This document shows positions 50,026 through 62,250 of a stretch of 64,000 nt of DNA, in pieces; position 1 is the first letter of the stretch; each line of letters opens with the position of its first letter. Source of the DNA: Magallana gigas. Its lineage: Eukaryota. The stretch lies in assembly GCF_963853765.1 (NCBI RefSeq), contig NC_088855.1, forward strand, positions 12,090,001-12,154,000, written 5' to 3'. The notes beneath the pieces were generated by a model, which worked only from the letters and a program-made list of their open reading frames with translations, had not been told where the DNA came from and did no database searches. Position numbers and translations under genes: made by a program.

Positions 50026-53000
50026 TCACTTAGATGAACCAAATCCATGCAAGCTTTGTGAAGGCCCAAGACCTGGAATAAACAAATGTAATGTTAAAAA
50101 TTTTGGCATGCATAAAAAATATTTTAAAAAGCCAAAACTACAAATACTGGTCCTGTAAGTAACTTGTTGGATTTGCATTGATCTCCATAAATTCAATAAA
50201 TATAACACCAATTTTCAATGATAATTTTGTTTTTGGTTTAATCAAAAAAAAATAATTTTCATCAAATATACCAGGTATGTGACACTATACCCTGCTAAGA
50301 CCATTTTCCCCATAAATTTACCGGTATGCATCTTTGAAGCTATGAATTTTACTCATTCCGAAAAATCAATTCTCTTGAATATTAATGTGTTAATAAGAAT
50401 TACAACAATACTAACCAGACCAAGGTGAGCGGTTGGCCAGAGGATCACTCCACTGCATGGATACAGGGCGGTGAACAGGGACCTTCTCTGGGGGTTGTGG
50501 GTGAGGCTTCACTCCCTGGGCTGTTTGTGACCACGTCTGTTTTGGGGGCCAAGTATTTGTTGAATGCTTGTCAGACTTACTCGAATCTTTCTGACTGTCT
50601 GTCTCCTCATCACTGCTCCCTCCTGGACTATTTAATGGAAAAAAATGTGCGCATATCATAGAAGCTATAATTATATTTTATCCAGTAAATGCAATGAATA
50701 AAGAGTTGAAGATGGTAGTTACTTTGCTTCTAAAGCATTCACAAGGTCCAGCCCCATGGCAAAGAATGGCTCCCCACCAGATGAATCATCAGAAAGATCG
50801 TCCGAGTCCTGAAGGGCAGACCAGCTGCTGTGTAAAATGTCTGAGCTGTTAACAAATTAAAAAAAAATGAATATATTCAGATATCATTAAACAAAAGGAA
50901 AAATTGAAATCACATTGAAATTTGATAATTGAGGGAATCTACATGTACTTGAAAATTTTGCTTTTTTGGGGAAAGAACTTTCATATCAAAACTTATAAAT
51001 CATCGAGTCATATTTAAACTTACCCTTGAGAGGACGGCAAACTCTTGGTAACCCAAGGTCTATATTTAGGTTCAGGGTATCCCCAGGGATATCCTGAAGA
51101 TGGATGGCCTGCATGCATGTTCATCAATTGTCTTCCACCACCCATGGTTCCATCCTTTGTATACTGCCTAGGAATGGTGGCACTTTGACCCCCTAACTCA
51201 TGGGAACTAGTGAACTGACTAGACGGAAGACTGGATCGGTGAGGCCAAGTGTTTCCTCGCAGAATCCCAGAAAAATCCAAAGCTCCATCTGACCTTCGCT
51301 GTCCTTTCACTACCTGGCCGAGTCTGGTGCTGTCATCGCTCCCGCCTGGGGAAGGAGTGCGCGATGAAAACCGAGAGGAGAGACTGAGTCCAGGCGAGGA
51401 GTTCCTGGAGGAATACAGAGAAGGCACAGTCAGGTGATTTTCATGGATTGTCTGCATCTGAGAACCGGTCCCGGGAGCAACAATCCCTGAAAGTAAGTTC
51501 ACGACAGAGTCCAGCTCTTCTTCCGTGGCAAGTGGATTTCTTTCTATCACGTTTTGTGTGGTGATTTCTGGCAAGAGAATACTATCATCTATAGATGCTG
51601 GCATACAGTCTGGTTTTTCATTTTCTTGTACAGGATCTAGACCGATGTGTACAAGAATTTCTGGTTTGTTTAGCACATGAACATCTCCTTGGGGAGCCTT
51701 TAAGTTAGGTTTATCTAAGTCTACATAGAAGGCACTGTTACTGTCATTTTCTGCGCTCTTTCTATCAAACAAAGACAAAAATGAGGATTTCAAATTTTGC
51801 TTTGCTTGAAGCTTTGGGGATGCAGAAGGACTCCTCTTCTGGGGTGAAAAATTCAGGTTTGGAGGCGATTCTCTGACCACCAAGTTGAGATCGGTCATTT
51901 GCTGAAGAACATCTTTGGTTTCTGTGGTTTTGTAATTTTGGACTAGTTTGCTGAGCAAGGACGAGATGGTTACAGAACACAGCTGATGGTAATCAGACTG
52001 CACCTTCAGGAACAAGAGAACACACTGGCATAGCACCTGTAAAAGAAAAATAATGGTACCACTTCTTACAACATGAAAGACACTTCAAATGTCCCTATTT
52101 TATTACAGTTAATGATCATGATATGTTCCTATCACTTCATCTCTAGATCTCCCCTAACTAAACCAGTTAAAGGGGCATGGTCACGATTTTGGTCAAATTT
52201 TATTTCTCTGTTTTTATTATTTACAGTGCTTTAGGAAAGCATTTCTAATGATCAAATGTAATTTGAGAGTCAGTCGTAAAGTTATAAACAATACACAGGG
52301 TTTACAATTCTTTGTCATGTAAACAAGGCTCGTGCCCTGTTTTTGTTTACATAGGTTCAATATACCACTAAAAATCTTTTTCAAGCTGATTAGTCTATCT
52401 TCTTATTCATTTTAAGCATAAATAAACAGTTCCTAACATTTAACACATTCATTTTATGTCTGAAATTGGAATTTTCACTTCAACAGTCAAAATGTAAAAA
52501 AAAAAAGCTTTGTTTACAATGCAAAGAATTGCAAGCTCTGTAACTTGCTTATAACTTAATGAATGAAAACCAAATTTTGGTTGCCAATTAAAAATGCCTT
52601 TCTGAAGCATTGTAAATATTAAAATCAGAAAAATAATTTTTGACCAAAGTCGTGACCATGCCTTTTTAAACCCAAGAGTAAATATCTCATTATGAATTCT
52701 TAACTTGCTTAGCAAAAATATAACAATATCCCGATTCTTCTGTTAATAAAAATCAATGAAAGTATGACAACTCTAGAATAATTTTATTTCTTGTCCATAC
52801 AAACTTCTGTAGTCAGTATTACTCATTAAAGTGTTCCAGACTTTAAATCAATAAGCATGATAAATAATATGAAAAGAAATGTAAATAATAACATTTTTTG
52901 CATAACTGTAAAACATGAGTTAAAGTGAAGTCAAAATTTACCTGTAAATGTGAATTCGTTTTCTCAACATTTTCCACTGACTCTAAATGACTTCTGAGGC

Positions 53001-53667
53001 CAATTAAAAGCTTCTCTATTTCCCTAAGTTTTCCTGATGGATCAATCCCATTGCTACTGGCATAAATGACATTGAAAGCTTGACTGGTCTCCAGCCCCAG
53101 ATGCTGATAGTCCGAGCCACACAGACTGTTACAGAGGGAGTCCACTAGATGGGTGCCGGCCCCATCAAACTTCTTCCACACATCCATGTACTCCACCACC
53201 CCTAAAAGACAGTACAGGTACATGTACAATAATTTCATTCATAGTATGGGCCCAGATGGCATAAGAGTTTACAAAGATAAGAAAGTCCTACATGAAAGAT
53301 TAATCCCAAATTTCCATAAAGAATATTGGCAATATTGCACTCGAGTTGTAGTGGCAGTGTCACTTCTGCATACATATAAAGTGAGTGGAGTAGATCAAAT
53401 AGCCATACGTGATAATTTTGTGTAAATTTAAATTAAAATATCGTTTAAATGGTGTTGTGGGAGTAAAGCATTAAAGTAAAGTAGAGCAACACAATGCCTT
53501 TAGTATAGCCCTCAGAAATCTATTTTGTGTTAAATTAATGTTGTACCTTCATAGCAATTTTGCACAGTTTCCAAAATGGTTTTCATTGGGTTTTGCATAA
53601 GTAATTTTGGTTGGTTGTCTCCTGAGAAATTACGTCCATTTCTTAGACTTCTTTTATGACTGTCCAT
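50026..53667 (-). CDS. Uncharacterized ~591-aa protein: predicted helical N-terminal ~170 aa followed by a long Ser/Pro-rich low-complexity region
   Basis: Exons 53667-53547, 53201-52942, 52036-51024, 50845-50723, 50627-50416, 50072-50026 join in phase with GT-AG ends (1776 nt). An in-frame TAG upstream supports the ATG at 53667. A probable non-coding first exon lies near 54609-54660. No family recognised. Confidence 0.75.
52171..52665. mobile_element. Kolobok-type MITE (TTAA TSD), copy 1, intronic
   Basis: TTAA|AGGGGCATGGTCACGATTTTGGTCAAA ... TTTGACCAAAGTCGTGACCATGCCTTT|TTAA. Confidence 0.8.
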
Positions 53668-54672
53668 CTTCAGGATTTTCTGCTAAAATCTGGGCATAGA
53701 AAAACCTTGGCCTCATTTCCCCGTAAACTCATCACTTTCAATCCAACTGTAAGACCATCTGCATTAAAACAATTCTCTGTTGTGTAGACAACAGCACTCC
53801 TACAAAATAAGACAAATGCATGATTAGAATTTAATCAACAGAAACCTACAGAATACCATAACATTACCACTCTGGCTATTCATACTTCAAATCATATACC
53901 TGTACCTATTGGATGTATTTGTCCTAAAGTGCCCATTAGTTCTTATTTATTCCTAATGACCTATCCAAGATAACACAGGCCCCAAGAAAGTCAAAATTGG
54001 ATTTACCAAGTTTAGCATGTTTACAACTTAGCAATCAGATTAATCATTGTTTATATAAAAAGGTTTTCAATGAAAAAATCAGTATCTTTGGAATTTTTGT
54101 GTTTTATTTCTGTGTATTGGTATGCCGATATGCGCAAAGAATTTGAATGACATTTACAGGCAGCCTAATTCAATGGGATGCTACATTTTGTAGGCCATTT
54201 TACATCAATCACAGTACAAGTGGTATCATCTTATGCAAACTAAATCTATCACAACCTTTCTCTCACCGTCAAATTTCATCAAATCATACAAGCTGGGGTC
54301 AGGGAAGCCTAGGATTATATAAATCCTGCCTCATTTATTTGTTGTGCACTGACACACAACGATGTTACAATAATGAAAACACCACTTATTCTATAATTGT
54401 GCATCATTTGACCCTAAAAATATCATAACATTGGTTTTAAAACGGAGAATTTCCAATATAATCTTCTTGTTAACAGGTTAAGTCAACCTACACCAAAAGG
54501 TGTCAAACAAATGGATCATCGCTGAAATAATAATATCAAGAATAATAAATCAATTGACCTGGGTATATATTGATACATAATGAAAACATAATAGTATCTC
54601 TTACAATACCTCTTTATGTTGCCTTATTCACCTCTTGAAATCTGAATCATCTTTGGATGCTAGGTTTCTGTA

Positions 54673-54680
54673 CCGGAAGT
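54673..54680 (-). promoter_or_regulatory. ETS motif at the likely promoter of the uncharacterized gene
   Basis: CCGGAAGT just upstream of a candidate first exon ending in GAG|GTATTG near 54609. Confidence 0.4.
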
Positions 54681-54954
54681 AGATGCATCCCTTTTAATTT
54701 TAGTAACTTGTACATGAAATGATGGGTAGCAAGTCGTTTCGGCCGTTTCTCATTTGGGATCGTGGTTTGTTCGACCCGGGCTATGTTATGATATTCGTCG
54801 TTTTGGCATTAGATACCTAGTCTTTTTGGCCGGAGATGATATATTAATATTGTTTCATTTCTCGTGTTGTTTTTTTTTTAAATGAAGTTTGTTCCCATCC
54901 AATCATCATATTTTAAAATTTCCGCAATTTAAAATTACTATAATCCATTATTAA

Positions 54955-55447
54955 AGGGGCATATGGTCACGATTTGGGTCATAATTTGTTTTTCCGTTTT
55001 TAATTTACAATGCTTCAATAGGGCATTTCTAATGGTCAACCAAAATTTGATTTTCAATTGTCGAGTTATAAGCGAGATATACAGCTCACAATTCTTTGTT
55101 ATAAAAACAAAGCTCATGTCAGGTTTTTCTTAATATTTTGAATTTACAGGTTTAGATCGAAAATGAATGTGACAAATGCTAGTAACTGTTTATTCATGTT
55201 AAAAATAAATAAGCAGATAGAAAAATCGGCTTAAAAAGAACTTCACTGGTTTACTTAACCAATGTCAAAAAAAAAAAATGGCACGAGCCCTGTTTACATA
55301 ACGAAGAATTGTAAGCTATGATCTTGCTTGTAACTCTACGATTTACACTCATATTTTGGTTGATCATTAGAAATGCACTATGTAAGCTTTGTGAACAATA
55401 AAAATAGAAAAATAAAATCTCACCAAAATCGTCAGTGATCATGACCT
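54955..55447. mobile_element. Kolobok-type MITE (TTAA TSD), copy 2, more decayed
   Basis: TTAA|AGGGGCATATGGTCACGATTTGGGTC ... GATCATGACCT|TTAA. Internal sequence resembles copy 1 (TTTCTAATG.TCAA, ACAATTCTTTGT, AACAA.GCTC). Confidence 0.7.
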
Positions 55448-55805
55448 TTAAAATGAATCGTAAAAGATATGGCAAAAAAGTTAAAATTGAAAATTAAGAG
55501 ACACAAATGAAGAGAAGATAATTGGCGTCAAGGAGAATTATATTTGCTGATCTCCAAGTCATCACGATGTTAGGTACGTTTTTATTTTTTGTATGTCAAC
55601 GTTATTGAGTTATGTTTTAAATCAATTCACCATGCAAGTTACAATCATGATTAATGAACGTAGTCTTCATATTTGTTATGATACCAACCGTAAACTATAT
55701 AGTTATCGCCTCTTTTACTATAGTTTTTATCTGTAAAACATATTTATGTTCGTTAGCTATAGTTAAGACTTGTTAATCAAACAAAGTTTCACAATCGTGA
55801 AACTC

Positions 55806-56873
55806 GGGGCGAATTTATTGATCAAAAACTAGTTTTGGTTTTAATTCGGTTTTGCTAACTTTTCATTTATTTGCAAAACTGGATTAGAACTAGTTTTAAA
55901 CTAAAACTAGTTTTTGTATTTATTGGCTTTTAACTGAAACAAGTTTCCAGGAAACCTAAAACCACCTTCGAGTGCGGTTTCGGGGGTTTTAAATCCTTTT
56001 AAGATGGCGGAGAGGTGTTCGAAAGAGAGTTGTTGATACTCAAGTGTGGCACATGTAGCAAAGAATGAACTCAGCGAAGCATATGGGTATCGTTCTAACG
56101 TTAAACATATGGGTCTCAAAGGATCTATGATAGTACATATAGTACTGACCAAAATAATAATGTGGAAGAGAGCGATTCCATTAATACAAACACTGAGAAT
56201 TACCCTTTGCAATTTACAACAGGCAAACGAAAAACTTTCAATGTAGTTGATGAAAAAAAAAGAATTCATTGAAAGATCTGCTCATAACTTTTTATTTAGT
56301 ACACAATATAATGCATGTAATAAGTTCGCCTGTCTATTTCATTGCTGGCCATTCAACTACGGCTCTTTGAAATCAACAAGATTTGTCTGGCTTTTGAGCT
56401 AAGACCATGCACGTAATTAGTGGATATTTCACTTGAAACCAGTGTCATTTTTAACTTGTTTCAAACGCCTAGGGTGAATCAAATGATCTCTATTGATATA
56501 CGTGTAGAAAAATGAATATTAATATAGTTTTTATAGCAGCATTCACTTTTCCAAAATATTGAAATGGTGTTAAAAGCCGATTTTGAAATGGGTTCGCAGA
56601 ATAACCTAATATGTAGGTATTGCTAGGAAAAAAATTGTCTACACTGTTTAATAAAGACTTTCGTGCAAATGCAGATGAGTTCAACAATTATTTTCTTTAA
56701 ATTTCAAGAACAAATCCAGTAGGTATGCGAGTGCAATGACAGCCATTTTTCTAAGCTAACTTTCCATTTAGTGCTAAACCTTCAAACAACCCAACTGGTT
56801 TCAAACAGATATGAAACTATTATCAAACCATAAACCTAAACTCAAACTAGTTTGTGATTAATAAATTCGCCTT
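55806..56873. mobile_element. Non-autonomous TIR element, possibly PIF/Harbinger type
   Basis: 30-bp TIRs GGGGCGAATTTATTGATCAAAAACTAGTTT and AAACTAGTTTGTGATTAATAAATTCGCCTT (26/30). It interrupts an AAACTATAGTT-motif repeat. TSD unclear. Confidence 0.6.
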
Positions 56874-57348
56874 ATGAGATAAACTATATTTTGCAATCGC
56901 AAACATATGAACGCCACATTCACAAAAAATGAGCTAAAATAAACATAGTTTCACAGTTGAAAAATTAGGTTTATCGACTTTTAACAATAGTTTACGCACT
57001 GCAAACTATAGTTAACGATTAGTTGTTAGCTATATTTTTCATCTGTAAAACCATATTTAACGGTTGCAAACTATAGTTTACAAATTCTAATCTAAGTTTT
57101 TCTGTCTTTAATTTAACGTTAACGATAGTATTTGCTGATAAGTGTTGATTTATATCTATAAACTTTAATTTACATCAGCTAAGAGTTGTTATTTATAGTT
57201 TCACAACCATGAAACTACTAGTATAAATATCATGCAGATATTATAGTTTACACTTCTGAAACATAGATGTTCGCGATAACTGTGGTTTTCTTTTTGTGAA
57301 TTTTGCGGGCCATAGTTAGGGAGGAGGGTCGGTTCGGGTTCTATATTT

Positions 57349-58373
57349 GGTATCAGGAGAAAACGTACCCAAGAGAAAACGTACCCAGGAGAAAACGTAC
57401 CCAATCTCTAGGGTACGTTTTCTCCAGGAGAAAACGTACCCGGGTACGTTTTCTCCAAGAGAAAACGTCCCCTATGAAAATCATAATTATACTACTTAAC
57501 AGTTTTTAATACTTTTAAATACTATTTTGCATAATAAATATACAGAAATGTAAGAGTTTTATAGATATATGAATTTAATACTTTATAATTTTAAAGGGGT
57601 TGGACATATTAAACAATTTTCAAATGCTACTTTAATGCATATTTCAATGCATAGATGTATAGAAATATATTCATTTTATGAATAATATAATAATTGTAGC
57701 AACTTTTATTTTAGTACAAAACAATGACCTGTCACAAAGTGTTATCTGACTACTTCTTCTAATTATCCATTTATCGGTAGCCTTACCGATTTGAGTTTCT
57801 CCATGCGAGATCCCCTGATTTTAATTATAGTGATAATCAATTAAATACTTGAGCAGCATGTCATTGGCGTCAGAAGCAAATTGACTGTTCAATGTTACAT
57901 TTCGTAGTTGTTTCCATGTGGACTTGGTTTTATTAAGCAACTTTGTTTTATAGATAAAAAAAAAAAAAATAACGCGATATCGACTTCTTGAGATACTCAT
58001 CATTTAGTCCTCCAAATGAGATTGCTATAAAAACTAATTATTTAACGATCTCGTTTATGGTGTATTAATTGTCGACTAATTAAACTGCTCAGGCAGTTAT
58101 GTGTATGTTACAAATTATTGTCTTAATAATTTAAGTACGTGACTATGCATTTAAAAACAACAGCAAGAAATGCTACAAATGTTCATTGTATATTTTATTT
58201 TGTTTCATTTAAGAATATCCATGAAAACCATTATTTATTATTTTCATAGGGTACGTTTTCTCCAAGAGAAAACGTACCCAGGTACGTTTTCTCCTGGAGA
58301 AAACGTACCCTATAAATTGGGTACGTTTTCTCCTGGGTACGTTTTCTCCTGGGTACGTTTTCTCCAGCATTCC
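57349..58373. mobile_element. Foldback-type element with ~130-bp modular TIRs built from AGAAAACGTACCC units
   Basis: Mirror-image clusters of AGAAAACGTACCC/GGGTACGTTTTCT at both ends; (C)TATATTT is duplicated on both flanks (7-8 bp). Confidence 0.8.
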
Positions 58374-58611
58374 TATATTTTCTGTAAGTTTGTTATTTTT
58401 CACTTTGAATTGTTCCGAGTCTGGGGTCCAAATTAGTTGTTTATTTTCCAGATTCTAGATGATTTTGACAGCAAAATATCAAATGTTCTTGTTTTACTTT
58501 TATTGATAAATACACGTAAGTACAATACCAGGCTTTATAAATGTTGATTATTGCGGACGTTAAATCGTATATGTGTTTTACTTTACATGAAAAAGTAACC
58601 CAATTGTAATA

Positions 58612-59874
58612 CCGTATAACGGGTAATTTTTACTGCTGTAATTTTTTACGAATTTGTCATAAAATAGGGTGATTTGAATTTTTACGCGTTATTATTTTAC
58701 GAATTGGACATGTCCGTAAAAATTAAAATCATCTGTGATTGTGTTTATACTAGGGATGTCAAATCGGTCAATTTTTAGTACTCGGTTACTCTGACGTATT
58801 TCCGATCGAGTATCCGGGTACTCGGTAAGAGTGTAAATAAATATGAACAAGTACATTGATAACTGTAAAACCTTGGTAACTTTTGTAGAAATTCCTCCTT
58901 ATTTTTAAGATGAGTGTGATTTAACATGTTTGTCGTTCCCCCCGTATAGAATAAGTTTACTTCGCACAGCTGACATTTTACGTATTTGAACCTTTGAAGT
59001 CGGTGGTGGCATTTTAGGTCTGTTCAATTTCTCAACTGTGTGCTATTTAATTCATATAATAGACTATATAAACGACGATGTTCAGGGAAAACAATTCATT
59101 AAAGTAAGCCAAAAATAAGGGTAGAAGACAGCCAAAGGTGGGAAAAGCTAGGTAACAGGTGCTTGGTCACGATAATTACTATATAAACACTGCCACAGGT
59201 GATTACGGTCATTTAGCATATTTAGAGGCGTAGGGTATCCTAATTACTCTATGTTCAAGTGCAGTGGACATTTTAAGTTTTAAAACTGATGTTTTAATGC
59301 ATTATTTAATAAACTTAGAAATATTAAAAAATATACATCCGAGTAACTGAGTACCGATTTTAGTATTCGATACTCGGACGTTCGATCAAGTACCCGGTTA
59401 ACCGGGTACTCGTTGACATCCTTACTTTATACATTTAACTTTATTTCATATGTGATATACACTTTACTTATTCCTATTTATCTGGGTATTATCATTGATG
59501 TACACCATGTGCTCATCTCATTTCGATTTACCGGGATAAAAAGAAAGACAACTCCATTTCAAAATTTTTTTCTCTGTCTCTCTTTCTTTCTCTCCCAACC
59601 AAAAAAGACATCTAGCTACTAACGTGGCATTATATGTAGTTTTAAAAAATACTCAAGTCACCACGTGACCAAAAACGATAAATATACCTACATGTACAGC
59701 CGTCAGGGACTGAGCTGAAGGTCATGAACATTACTCTCATACATACGATGTAGAAATTTACGTGCGGTGTTTTTTTACTTCTGTGAAAATTTACGCGTTT
59801 AATTTTTACGGATTTATAAAACTCGTAAAAATTAGTAAAAATTAGCAGCACGTAAAAAATACCCGTTATACGGG
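58612..59874. mobile_element. Tc2-type MITE (CCGTA terminus, TA flanks) carrying a nested hAT insertion
   Basis: TA|CCGTATAACGGGTAATTTTT ... AAAAAATACCCGTTATACGGG|TA, with subterminal TTTTACG repeats. Confidence 0.75.
58751..59424. mobile_element. Ac-like hAT MITE nested in the Tc2-type element
   Basis: TIRs TAGGGATGTCAA and TTGACATCCTTA; 8-bp flanks GTTTATAC and CTTTATAC (7/8); subterminal (G)TACTCG repeats. Confidence 0.85.
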
Positions 59875-60082
59875 TATGTTTTTTAAAAATGTGAAATATA
59901 TTTTATTCATAAAAAATAATAACTGCGTTAAATTTGTTTACATATTATATAAATTGTTGATAAATGACTACATGTAGCTCAAAGTAATATATAATTTATT
60001 GTAGTGTCCTTTCTGATATATTTCATTTTATAAAATCAAATATACAACATGACTAGTCATGTTGTATATTTGATTTGATAAA

Positions 60083-61088
60083 ATGAAATATATCAGAAAG
60101 GACAGTAGGACAAGGGATGATAAGACTAGAAAAGTAATATATGTGGAAGAAACTGTACCCTTCTACAACCTGGGTGATTCTCGGCGTTTCTTTGCGGTTT
60201 CAAGAGCAACATTTGAATGTATATGTAGAAATATAGCCCACTTTCAAGAGTTACAACCTGGTTGGACCGAAGGAAGATAATTTATTTCAATAGATAAACA
60301 TTTGTGAATTACCCCATGTTATTTAGCAACCCAAGACAGCATTCACAACATATCTGATTCAATGTCACTGAGTCCTCTAAAATCAGATGTCGCACAAGAA
60401 TCAAAGACATTTTTGTTAATAATCTTATGAAAGTCACGAAGTAATGGACAAGTTTGAGCAAAAACAAAATTTTTCCAAATGTATTCGGTGCTACAGGTGG
60501 TACCCATATTGCCATAAAAGCCCCTAAAATCATTCAGAAACTTATGTCAACAAAAAGGGTTTTCTCTCAATTTTAATTTTAAATCTTGCAAGGACTCAGA
60601 GAGGTATTTAGATTTGTCGTGATGGTCAGGAAAGCTGCAACAATGCCAAGGTGTTGAAAAATACAGATATATGGGGAAATGGTTTGAGAGTTTGTGGCAA
60701 TGGGCATTTTCTTAGAAATGATCCTTATACATTGAGAAGTTGACTTCTTACTCCCTATGGTGACACAGGACGTCTGACACCTCAACAAAGGAATTCAAAA
60801 TTTCGTCATTCAGGCACAAATGTAGCAATAGAACGAGCATCTGGGTGTCTGAAAGGACGTTTCAGAGAATAACGATATTTGGAAACTTCAGAACTAAAAA
60901 CGTCTGTTGAGGTCTTTATTTTATGTCGCATTATTCATAATGACATTATATGCATCCTGAACAATGAAGATGTGCAAGAGTATTTTGAAGACAACCAGCC
61001 AGGACTTAATGTGCCCCACAGAAATTTAGTAGACATTCAGGCAGAAGGACTAAGGAAACGTGATTACATTGCTCTGCATTTACCTTAG
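60083..61088 (+). pseudogene. Decayed PIF/Harbinger DDE transposase (HARBI1-like)
   Basis: FPNVFGATGGTHIAIKAP (60472-60525; DGTH motif mutated to GGTH), TYVNKKGF, LLTPYGDTGRLTPQQRN and IERASGCLKGRF (60828-60863), with many stops and frameshifts. Confidence 0.85.
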
Positions 61089-61677
61089 GTGATGCATTCC
61101 ACAACCTGACTTGTGATTTAGTACACATGTACATGTATCAGCATGTGACTACATATGGTTCAACTTGTGTCTTGATTTGTTAGTACACAATTACAGAAAA
61201 CATTTATAATCATTGGTGGAAACTGTTTTATCAAAGACAAGTATATATATTTAATCATAAATAAAAAATAACAATAAAAAAAATAAAAAAAAATTGTATT
61301 GTTTATATTAACAACGGAATAAAACAGACATTGGCACTATTAAAGTAAAAGGAAACAAGAAACAAATACAATAATGTGTTGTTACACTTTGCTTATGCAT
61401 TAAGAACATAAGCATCGATCCTTACATATAAGAGAAAATTTTAAATAATCTACCTAATATTTCCCTTTCCACGATGGTTTTCTGTACTAGTAAGTACAAG
61501 GTAACATGAATGTTCAACATTTGAAAACTTTTATGGATATGCTGATTTGCTCCCTACACATAGAACACTTATTACCAGTAAGACTTGGTGCACATTTCAC
61601 ACAGGCTATCAGATGTCAACATGGAACAAATACAGTTTCTGCGATTTTCTCATCCGTCATGCATATTTTGCACTCGT

Positions 61678-62250
61678 CTATAAAGGATATATAAAACACA
61701 TTTGTAGAAAATTCAATTTTATCATGTTTTTACTTTTTTTTTGGCTTGCTTTTAGAATTTCCATAAAATTTCTATACATTTCCAGTTTTTCACGGCGTCT
61801 CCTTTTCACTTGTTCTTCAAAATGCTGACACTCAATCTTTATGATTTGTTCCAAGCTATCCACAACATCATTTGTGGGGCGTATTTTTAAATTCTAAGTT
61901 TTACTTTTCGGGAGACACACATTTTCTTTTAGAAGAAGTTGTCGGGGTGTCGGGTCACTTCCTTTTGTGCTTGATTTGGTTTCCGTGTTCCACTTGTTTT
62001 CTGTTCTCGTTCATACATTCTGGTTGAACACTGGACTTGGCTGCCATGAATTCTAATTTCTCTTTATAAGGGTAATTTCTTCTTTCTACCACTTTTGTTT
62101 TTGCCGTTTTGATCGTTCATATTCTTTAAACCTCGCACCAAAGTCTTCTTGCGATCTCTGCTCTACTACAGTGTTGACTTTACTGTAACCGTCAATACTG
62201 CAATTAGTGTTATCTTTGTATGTGACGTCCTCGGGTCTTGAGCTCAATAT
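61678..62250 (-). pseudogene. Decayed Harbinger ORF2 (Myb/SANT trihelix-like DNA-binding protein), convergent with the transposase
   Basis: Frameshifted segments KTLVRGLKNMNDQNGKNKSGRK and NYPYKEKLEFMAAKSSVQP resemble the trihelix C-terminal helix. The tail QVKRRRREKLEMYRNFMEILK resembles typical ORF2 C-termini. Confidence 0.55.

Noticed and set aside
53668-53799. 5' part of this exon as coding sequence of the uncharacterized gene
   Set aside because: All three frames hit stops before the main frame, so it is treated as 5' UTR with uORFs.
56003-56246. ATG GCG GAG...AGT TGT TGA (C-U-like) opening into the 56046-56246 ORF as a second selenoprotein
   Set aside because: It lies inside a TIR-bounded element, shows no recognisable redox motif or family, and no SECIS-like hairpin was seen downstream.
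57349-58373. Regular AGAAAACGTACCC repeats as a CRISPR array
   Set aside because: Eukaryotic context, 13-bp units in both orientations without unique spacers, and no cas genes; it is a modular TIR.
60083-61088. Domesticated HARBI1 host gene
   Set aside because: Multiple stops and frameshifts, and the first catalytic Asp is mutated.
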